In this document: in pieces, positions 52,729 to 64,000 of the stretch | Numbering within the stretch: position 1 is the first letter of the stretch | Layout of the letters: each line of letters begins with the position of its first letter | Source of the DNA: Narcine bancroftii | Lineage: Eukaryota | DNA: 64,000 nucleotides | Direction: 5' to 3' | NCBI RefSeq assembly: GCF_036971445.1 | Contig: NC_091470.1 | Location: forward strand, 140,120,001 to 140,184,000 | Position numbers and translations under genes: made by a program | The notes under the pieces: generated by a model | The model's database searches: none | Told to the model about the DNA's origin: nothing | The model's input: the letters and a program-made list of their open reading frames with translations, nothing else

Positions 52729-55700
52729 ACATAAGCAAACACCCACAAACATACACTTAGAAATACACATCCCATACACACATACACAAACACATAAACA
52801 AACTCCACACACATACACTTACAAATAAACACCCCTCCACACACACACATAAACTTACTCATAAACACCACACACATGCATGCAATTACACATACACACA
52901 CCAAACACATACACTTACACATCAATACACACCACACACATACATTTACGCATAATCACCCCCCAATAACACATACACTTACAGATTAACACCCCCCACA
53001 CACATACACAGACTTACTCATAAATACCCCTCACACATACACTTAAACATAATCATCCCCACACATATATACGTACGCCTAAACAGCTCCCACACTCATA
53101 CACCTAAACATGAACACACCCCCAAACACATACACATATACATAAACACCCCCAACATAAACATGAACTTACAGATTATCACCCCACACACACACATTCA
53201 CTTACACATAAACATCCCCCCCACACACATATACTTGTATATAAACACGCTCCACACACATACATTTACAAATAAATGTCCTGCTACACACATAAACCTG
53301 CACAATAACACACTATCACACACATACACTTACACATAAACAACCCCACCAATATGTACTTACATATAAACACACCCCGCATATATTCACTTACACATAA
53401 ACACTGGCCCACACACATACACTTACATACACTCTTACACCACACAACACATACATTTACTCATAAACACAACCGACACATACACTTACACATAAACAAC
53501 GACAGTACATACACATACACTTACACATAAACACCGACCGTACACACACATACACCTACTCCATACATACACATGAATAAACACAAGTCAAACTCACATA
53601 CACTTGCAGTATAACACCCGATCAAACACATACACTTACTCATAAACAGCAACCACATACATACACCTAAACATAAACACCCTTCACATAAACATACACT
53701 TGCACATATACACCCCCACACACATACAATTATACATAAACACCCTCCCACACACATATACCTACACATAAACACCTCACACACACAAACACATACATGA
53801 ACTCACCTCCACATACATACACTTACACTTAACACCACCCTACAAACACAAACACTTACACAGAAACATATCCCCCACTCACACATACACTTACTCATAA
53901 ACACCCACCCAAAATATACACTGACACAAAAACACCCTCCACACACATACACATAAAGATCTCCACACACAACCAACCACACCCCACACACATACACCTA
54001 GAAATATGCAACCCCACACACAAATATACATACACATAAACACACCCATGCACATACACTTACGCAAAAACAACTCCCAACACACATACACCTACACATA
54101 AACACAACTCCACACACACATAAACACACCCCACACAGATACATTTGTACATAAACACACCAGACACACACACACACATTTTTAAACACCACGCACACAC
54201 ATACACTTACACAACAAAAACACCTGCATGCATAAAATACACATAATCACCACACAAACATACACTTACACATCTTCACCCCCCACCACACAATAACTTA
54301 TACATAAATACCCCTAAACTGACATACAATTATAAATAAAGACCCCCACACACATACACTTACGTATAAGCACTCCCCACACACATCAACTTAAACATAA
54401 TATACCCCATATACACTTACACCTAAATATCACCCACAAACATACACCTACACTTAAACACCCCCAACACATACACTTATTCATAAACACCCAACCACAT
54501 GCACATACATGCACATAAACACCCTCCACACAAATACTTACACATAACCCCAACACACACACAAACACTTAAATATAAATGCCCCGCACCTACATACTCA
54601 AACAAAAATACACACCCACACACATACACTTACACATAAACACCCACCGCACACATACACTTATACTTAAACAACCCCACATAAAAATACACATAACCCC
54701 ACCAACCACTCATATACTTCCAGATGAACACACCCCGAACACAAACACTTTCACTTAACACCATTGCAAAAAAATTGACACTTACATATAAATCCCCACC
54801 AGACACACATACACTTACACATAAAAATATGCCCACATACACTTAGACATAAACACCATTTGCAAACAAATATTTACACGTAAACACTCCCCACACACAT
54901 ACATTTACAACTAAATACCCCACCACACACATATACTTACTCATGAACACCCCCCCACACACACACTTACAAATAAACTCCCCCCCCACACACATACACT
55001 TACAAGTAAATGCCCCCACATATGTACACATACATATAAACACCGCCCACAAACATACACTTACACATAAACACTCCCCACACTCATACATATGCAATTA
55101 AATACCCTGCCACACACATACACTTACTCATGAACACTCATCCACACACATACACTTACAAATATACACCTACCATTCACATACACTTACACATACACAA
55201 CCCCGACACACATAAACTTTCACATAACCACCCCCCACCATTCACATACACTTACACTTAAACACACACACACACATATTCACTGGGACATAACCAACAC
55301 ACACACACACACAGATGCATTGACATATATAAACAGTACACACATACACATACACATAAACTAACCCACAGAAATATACACTTAGACATACACACCCAAC
55401 AAACACTTAAACAAACACATAAACAACCCCACACATATAGATAAACACATATATACCCCCACGCATATGTACTTACACATAAACACAACCGACACATACA
55501 CTTACACATAAACACCGACAGTACACACACATACACCTACACATAAACACCCTACTCCACACATACTCATGAGTAAACACCCCTCAATCACACATACACT
55601 TACATTTAAATGCACCCACACACATTCACTGGGACATAAACATCCCCAACACACATATACGTTAACATAAATACCCCCTACAAACATATACTTACACATA

Positions 55701-57170
55701 AGCAAACACCCACAAACATACACTTAGAAATACACATCCCACACACACACATGCACAAACACATAAACAAACTCCACACACATACACTTACAAATAAACA
55801 CCCCTCCACACACACACATAAACTTACTCATAAACACCACACACATGCATGCCATTACACATACACACACCCATCACATACACCTACACATCAATACACA
55901 CCACACACACACATTTACGCATAAACACCCCCCAATAACACATACACTTACAGATTAACACCCCCCACACACATACACAGACTTACTCGTAAATACCCCT
56001 CACACATACACTTAAACATAATCGACCCCCACACATATATACGTGCACCTAAACAGCTCCCACACTCATACATCTAATCATGAACACACCCCCAAACACA
56101 TACACATATACATAAACGCCCCCAACATAAACATGCACTTACAGATTATCACCCCACACACACGCATTCACTTACACATAAACATCCCCCCCACACACAT
56201 ATACTTGTATATAAACACGCTCCACACACATACATTTACAAATAAATGTCCTGCTACACACATAAACCTGCACAATAACACACTATCACACACATACACT
56301 TACACATAAACAACCCCACACATATGTACTTACATATAAACACACCCCGCATATATTCACTTACACATAAACACTGGCCCACACACATACACTTACATAT
56401 ACTCTTACACCACACAACACATACATTTACTCATAAACACAACCGACACATACACTTACACATAAACAACGACGGTACACACACATACACTTACACATAA
56501 ACACCCAACTTTACACATACTCATGAATAACCATCCCTCAAACACACATACACTTACATAATAAAACCCAAACAAGCAAATACTCTTACAAATAAAGACA
56601 CTATCACACATACACTTACACTTAACTACATCCACACACATTCATTGGGACATAAACAGCCCCCACACACATACACAGTAACATAAGTACCCCATACACA
56701 CATATACTTACACATAAGCAAACACCCACAAACATACATTTAGAAATACACAACCCACACACACATACACAAAATCATAAACAACCCCCACACACATGTA
56801 CTTACACATAAACAACACCCAAACACATACACTTACACATAACATCCCCCACACACATACTTATTCATAAACACCACCCACACACATACATTTACATATA
56901 AGCACCAACCACACATACTCTTACTCTTAAAGACATCCACACATAGACGTACTCATATATACCCCCCACACATATGCACTTATGCATAAACATGACCTGC
57001 ACACATTCACTTACACATAAACACATCCGCAAACACATACACTTACACATAAACACCCCCCAACATTTGCATAAACTTACACTTAAACATCCCCAGACAC
57101 ATTCACTGGGACATAACCAACACCCACACACAGACACGTCAACATAAATAGCCCCTACACACATACACTT

Positions 57171-57343
57171 CTTTGGCTTGGCTTTGCGGACGAAGATTTA
57201 TGGAGGGGTAAAGTCCACGTCAGCTGCAGGCTTGTTTGTGGCTGACAAGTCCGATGCGGGACAGGCAGACACGGTTGCAGCGGTTGCAGGGGAAAATTTG
57301 TTGGTTGGGGTTGGGTGTTGGGTTTTTCCTCCTTTGTCTTTTG
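57171..57343 (-). mobile_element. Short 3' fragment of the same RTE LINE family
   Basis: Near-identical to 50905-51080 (RQRRKNPTPNPNQ.IFPCNRCNRVCLSRIGLVSHK). Confidence 0.9.
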
Positions 57344-60300
57344 ACAAACACGCATATGCATTTACACATAAACACCCCCACACACATACACTTATACATA
57401 AACACCCCACGCACACCTACACGTACACAAAAATACCATGCCGCACACATTCAGTTACACATAAAAACCTACACACACATGCATTAAACATATCACCTCC
57501 CCCACACACAAACAGATATATAAATAAACGCCCCCACACACATACATTTACACACAAACAATCTCCACACAAATACACTTACACATAAACAGCGCCCACA
57601 TACATACATTTACACATAAAAAAACCCACACATACACTTACATATTAACACCACCCCACACACATGCACCTAGACTTATGCAACCCAACACACAAATACA
57701 CATACACATGAACAACCCCATACACCTACACTTACACATAATCATCCCCCCACACACACATACATAAACACCCCCACACACATATACTTACACATAAACA
57801 CCCCAATAACACATACACTTACTCATAAATAGCCCCCCCACACATACTTACTCCTAATCACAGCACCACGCATACACTTACATTTAAACACCCACCAAAC
57901 ATACTATTACTCATAAACACAAACAACACCTACACTTACACATAAACACCGACCGTACACACACATACACCTACAAATATACTTTAATAGACACACATAT
58001 ACTTTAATAAACATATCCCAAACACAGGTACACTTACACAATAACACCCTCTCACATACATGCACTTACACATAAACATCCTCCACACCAGTACACTTAC
58101 ACAGCACCCACATACATAAACATATACATAAACATCCTTCACATACACATACAGTTACACATATACAGCCCCACACACATACAATTATACATTAACACCA
58201 GACAACACTCATGCACCTAGACATACGCAACAATACAGACAAATACACAGACACATAAACACACTCACACACATAAACCTACACATAAACACCCTCCACA
58301 CTGACATACACGTACACATAAACAGTGCACACATACATACATTTACACAGAAACACCCCCCACACATACATTTACATCTAAACACAACCCCACACAAATG
58401 CACCTAGACATATGCAACCCCACACACATGCACCTAGACATACACAACCCCACACACAAATACATATACACATATACACACCCACACACATACACTTACA
58501 CATAAACAACCCCACACACATACACTTACAAATAAACACCCCTCCACACACACACATACAGGTGAACATAAACAACTCTATACACAAACAATTACACATA
58601 AACATCCCCCGCACACATACACATATTAACACCACATACACTTAAACATAAAAACTCTCATATACACTTAAACATAAACATCACCCACAAACATACACCT
58701 ACACATAAACACCCTGCACACTGACATACACTTACACATAAACAGCGCACACATACATACATTTACACAGAAACACCCCCCACACATACGTTTACACCTA
58801 AACACATCCCCACACACATGCACCTACACATATGCAACCCCACACACATGCACCTAGACATACGCCACCCCACACACAAATACATATACACATATACACT
58901 CCCACACACATACAGGTGAACATAAACAACCCCATACACAAACAATTACACATAAACATCCCCCGCACACATACACTTAAACATAAAAACTCTCATATAC
59001 ACTTAAACATAAACATCACCCACAAACATACACCTACACTTAAATACCCCGAAACATACACTTACACAAAAAACCCACACACACACAAATACTTACACAT
59101 AAGAAACCCCCATATATACTTACACACAAACAACTTCCACACCATAAACAGCCCTACATACATAAACCTACACATAAACAATCTTCACATACACTTACAC
59201 TTACACATATACAGCCACACACACATTCAATTATACATAAACACTCTCCACACACACATACAACTATACATAAACAACCCACATAAACATACACATAACC
59301 CCCAAAACACACACACTTACATATGAACACACCCCGACACACAAACACTTACACTTAGCACCATTGCAAAAACACAAAATTTACACATAAACACATACCA
59401 CACACACATACACTTACATAAAACACCCCCACACATGCACTTACACATAAACACCCCCATAAATACTTACACATAAACATCACCCACAAACATACACCAA
59501 CAAATAAACACCCCAAACCCTTACACTTACATAAACGCCCACCCACACACCCATACACACACATAAACACCCTCCACACACATACACTTATACATAAACA
59601 ACCCCAAATAAACATACACATGACCCTCCCTAAACACACATACACTTACACATGAACACACCCCGACACATAAACACTTACATTTAGCACCATTGCACAA
59701 ACACAAAACTTACACATAAACACAGACCACACACACATACACTTACACATAAACAACACCCACACAGATGCACCTAGACATACGTAATCCCACATACAAA
59801 TACACACACACATAAACACACCCACACACATACCCTTACACATAAACAACCCCCACACACATACACTTACAAATAAACACCCCTCCACATGCACATACAA
59901 TTGAACGTAAACACTCCCATACACCTACACTTACACCTAAACTCACCCCACACACATACTCTTAAAACACTCCCCACATATACACTTACACATAAACATC
60001 ACCCACAAATATACACCTACACATGAACACCCCCCAACACATACACTTACAAATAAACACCCACCCACACACACAACATACACACACATAAACACCGTCC
60101 ACACACATACACTTACATATAAACATACACAACACACATACTCTTAGAACACTCCCCACATATACACTTACACATAAACATCACCCACAAACATACACCT
60201 ACACATATACACCTACACATAAACACCTACACATAAACACCCAAACACATACGCTTACAGATAAACACCCACCCACACACACAAAATATACACATATAAA

Positions 60301-60982
60301 CACCCTCCACACATGTTCACCTGCACATAAACACCCCCCGCACACATACACTTACACATAAACACCCACCAACACACACATACACTTAAACATAAACACC
60401 CTCCACACACATGCACTTATACATAAACAACCCCACATAATCATACACATATCCCCAAACACACATACACTCACACATGAACACATCCCAACGCACAAAC
60501 ACTTACACTTAGCACCATTGCACAAACACAAAACTTACACATAAACACATACCACACATACACTTACACAAAAACACCCCACACATACACTTACACATAA
60601 ACAACACCCACACATGTGCACCTAGACATATGTAACCCCACACACAAATACACACACACATAAACACCCACCCACACACACAACATACACACAAATAAAC
60701 ACCACCCACACACATACACTAACACATAAACACCCCAAACACATACACTTACACATAAACACCCACCCACACACACAACATATACGCATATAAACACCCT
60801 CCACACACATTCACCTGCACATAAACACCCCCTGCACACATACACTTACACAAAAACACCCACCCACACACACACATACACTTAAATGTAAACACCCTTC
60901 ACACACATACACATACATAAACAACCCCACATAAACATACACATACCCTCCAAACAAACATACACTCACACATGAACACATC

Positions 60983-61857
60983 TGTCTTGGGTAAACTTAT
61001 ACCTCTCATTTTGTTCGTTTTAGATTGGTCACAGTGTTTGAGCTACCGAAAGAAACTTTATATGTGGATATGTTGTGTGTGTGGGTGGGTGTTTATCTGT
61101 AAACATACAATTACACATAAAACCCTCCCACACACATACACCTACACATAAACACCCCTCCACACACACATACAATTGAACATAAACACCCCCATACACC
61201 TACACTTACACATTAACTCACCCCACACACATACTCTTAAAACACTCCCCACATATACACTTACACATAAACACACCAAGTCCAGTTCAGTTTATACAAG
61301 GCTTTATTACTAAATCTAAAGCTGAATTCACACTACCATATGCAAGCCCTTCCCAATTATACTTATCAATGCCTGGACAGGTCCTAATTGCCGAAGCGAG
61401 GCAATGACTGCACACTTGTAGTAGGTTGTCGGAGCGCCGGTAGCAGCTTCTCTACCTCCCTTGACCGGGACGTTAGCTGGACTCTTGAAGTTCTTCTTCT
61501 TGCTGAGAGATGTTGCCACATCTTGGAGAGTCTCAAACTTCAGCAGTGGGACCATGGCTTATTTACCCAAAAGTTGTTTACTGCAGATCTTATCTCTTTG
61601 AACAAATGATTTAATTATTTTCAAGGTCTCCTGACTGCAACCAACAAAAGACAACTGCATCTCTGGGCCTCATGGTGGAAGTTGGATGTCTACTGATTCA
61701 TATGCACCCCTGGGCCCCATGGTGGAATTTAGTGTGTGTACTAATTCATATGCAACAAGCAGGTTCTCAGCCTTGGCTACAAAAGTAATAAACATGGTTT
61801 AAATCTTCCATTACATTCAACCCCTTGGTCGCAGCCTGTCATTTATGTGACCTTACA
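60983..61857 (-). mobile_element. Probable solo LTR, interrupted by ~200 bp of satellite
   Basis: TG...CA termini (TGTCTT at 60983, CTTACA ending 61857); AATAAA on the minus strand (TTTATT at ~61303). No clear TSD. Confidence 0.45.
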
Positions 61858-61999
61858 AGCATTTGAGTACAGAACGAGCGAAAAAGAGAAACAAAAACTA
61901 TAATAAGTAGAAAAATAAACAATAATGTGAGCAACCAACGGAGAATATTGTGGTCCAATCCCCCAAATATACCATTTAACCATGAAAAAGGATTCAAAC

Positions 62000-62527
62000 T
62001 GTGAGAGATGAGTAAAACTAATATGAAAATATGAAAGATGAAGAAAACTAGTATGGATATATGTGTAATGAATAAAGCCAGTATGAATAGGATAAGGATA
62101 GATAATCTGCTGTCTGGAAGTAAAGTTAGTCTGAATAAGATAAGGGTCTTCTAGCCTTAGACAGAATTAGCAAGTTCTGCATATAAGAAGTTAGTAAGTC
62201 CTGAGGGTCGGGAAGGTGTGAATAAGGACAAAGGCAGGTTTGTGAATAAGGACAATAAGGACAATGACATGATGGGACACCGACAGGATACCCCCTGGTC
62301 CTCCAAGTTCACAGAAAAACAGCACGTAAGCAGACAGGATGAAGAATGTAAGGGGAAGGGTACTTCTATACTGAAATGAACTGTATAAAAGTTGGGTGAG
62401 ACCCAGTGTATGTGTGTATTCCCAGGGTAAGGGGAAGCACCCAACTTTGCATTGTTGTATAATAAATGTTCTTTGTTCTCAATTTTTGTCTCGAGCAATT
62501 TCTGTCAAGGTACTTCTGTTTCTCACA
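62000..62527 (+). mobile_element. 5' LTR of an endogenous retrovirus
   Basis: Inverted termini TGTGAGA...TCTCACA, TATAAAA at ~62384, AATAAA at 62461, immediately followed by a PBS. Confidence 0.88.
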
Positions 62528-62529
62528 AA

Positions 62530-62547
62530 TGGGGGCTCGTCCGGGAT
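62530..62547 (+). other. Primer binding site complementary to tRNA-Pro
   Basis: TGGGGGCTCGTCCGGGAT, the canonical 18-nt Pro PBS, 2 nt after the LTR end. Confidence 0.95.
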
Positions 62548-62759
62548 CCCACTCCTTCCACTGACAGAGTGCCCGACGACGAGGGTAGGTGCACCCTGGC
62601 TGATTCAGCTGGACTCACGGACGGTGGGTGACTTGTCAGTGGATGAAGCAAGTGATATCCGAGAAGAGGCATTGAGAACAAATGACAGGAGGACGTTAAG
62701 GAAGCGTGCTAGGAATAGCTACTGGATCCCGGTAAGAGGAATTTTACTTACCTGTTAGT

Positions 62760-63729
62760 ATGGGAGGTGTGAGTAGCAAGGGAAATAGTCCTAAGGAAGG
62801 ACAGGACAATCAGATAACTAAGCAAAGTCCATTAGGATTAATGCTATCTGATTGGGGTGTGGGGAAAACCCGTGGGAAAGACAAACAGACCATAGTCAGG
62901 TATTGCTGTCTGGAATGGGTTAAAAAAAAACCCGATAAAAGGGAATTCGGTATATTGGCCAAAGTTCGGATCTGATGAGGACTGGATGTGTCAGGCATTG
63001 AACATCTGACTCTATCAAAATCAAACAGATAATATTGAGAGCAGAGAATGTGCAGCCTAGCCTGCTGGCTCAGTGGATCGGTTGATCAACTGGTTTTGAA
63101 TGAAAAGGAATGTAAGGACAAGAAGGATGAGGAAACGTTTGTCCCTGAAACACAAGGATGGGATGTGTTACATTCCCTTCCTCCACCTTATGCTCCTCCT
63201 ATGCTGGCTCCTATCTTTCCCCTCTCTCCTTTGCTCTACCCTTCTGCACCTTCCCCTCCTCCCCCACAGCTAAAGAAAGGAGAAGAAAGTAGGGGTGGTA
63301 TGATGACCTGTTCACAAAGTACTAGATTACCACCTCAATTGACAAGAGAGAGAGAGGAGACTTTGATTCAAAACAGTGTGAGACCCTCCGGGAGGGAAGG
63401 GCAGAACCCTTTGATTCATTTCCCGGAGAGCAGGAATCTAGCCCAAAAAACAGAAAGGAAAGGCTAAGATTTTGATGCAGGCAGTCAAGGAAGTCGTGAA
63501 GGGACAGCAAGGAAAGGGTAGGGGCTGTGTGCCAGCTCCTGGACATTGGGAGGAGCTCTGGGAGTGGGAGAGTGGAGACCAGAGCAGGGACAAGGGTAGA
63601 GGGGAATTCCAGGGACGACGACCGTTCCTGGGACCTCGTGGTAATCCCGGTAGGAATTGGGAAACAGGAGCATTAGTTTGCTACCATTATAAAAAGGAGG
63701 GACATTTTAAGAGAGAGTGCCCAATGTGA
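62760..63729 (+). pseudogene. gag: Class I (gamma/epsilon-like) ERV gag pseudogene, frameshifted and internally deleted
   Basis: Myristoylation-type start MGGVSSK, matrix-like SPLGLML..W and WPKFGS, PPPY late domain (LPPPYAPP), degenerate zinc knuckle CYHYKKEGHFKRECP. Confidence 0.8.
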
Positions 63730-64000
63730 GCCAGGGAGATGCGATCTTACGCACTGATGTGTTGGAATATAGGGGTTAATTAATCATAGAAAATATGTAG
63801 AATATATGCTTATGTACTATTCAGTTTGTATACATGAATCCAGTACTATGTAACAATTTAATATTTACCTCATGGTGAAGGGAAAGAGTAATGTAAGTAA
63901 GGGGCAGCCACAGTATGTAGCAAAGTTGGCTGATTACAGTAGGTTTAGAATTGCCTGCTCCCAAAATACAAAAGAGAGGATAAGTATGAAACAATTTAGT

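Larger units (their letters stand above)
31135..61275. repeat. ~30 kb degenerate CA-rich satellite (unit ~ACACATACACTTACACATAAACACCCC) with multi-kb higher-order duplications
   Basis: Continuous A/C-rich repeat interrupted by RTE LINEs, a GC-rich array and a gap (44494-44625). All MCVCG../HTHLH.. ORFs derive from it. Confidence 0.95.

Noticed and set aside
31265-60845. Dozens of Cys/Val/Met-rich (MCVCG..) and His/Thr-rich ORFs
   Set aside because: Direct translations of the CA-rich satellite, not metallothionein- or keratin-associated-like genes.

Overview
Vertebrate genomic DNA, most likely from a cartilaginous fish (shark/ray type; inferred from the C-region sequence and repeat content). 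It contains the 3' half of a T-cell receptor beta (TRB) locus on the + strand. There are two D segments, each with a 5' 12-RSS and a 3' 23-RSS (4302-4312, 9726-9739), and four J segments with 12-RSS, FGxG motif and GT donor (10824, 11862, 13237, 19221). A single four-exon C gene (22950-26580) encodes an Ig C1 domain, the CGLSK hinge, a TM with the conserved Lys and an NSYHKRFD tail. No J or C is visible between the two Ds, so the layout is D1-D2-J1-J2-J3-J4-C, which permits V-D-D-J joining; two N-gaps leave some uncertainty. About 3 kb downstream of C is a ~240 bp unique island dense in RUNX/ETS/E-box motifs, including ACAGGATGTGGTT, a candidate E-beta enhancer. The rest is repeat: polypurine/polypyrimidine tracts, CR1/L1 relics and CR1-derived minisatellites, a hAT-type MITE, a ~30 kb CA-rich satellite with three RTE LINE insertions, and the 5' part of an endogenous retrovirus (LTR, tRNA-Pro PBS, deleted gag). 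Nearly all long ORFs in the ORF track are low-complexity artefacts. No V segment was found.
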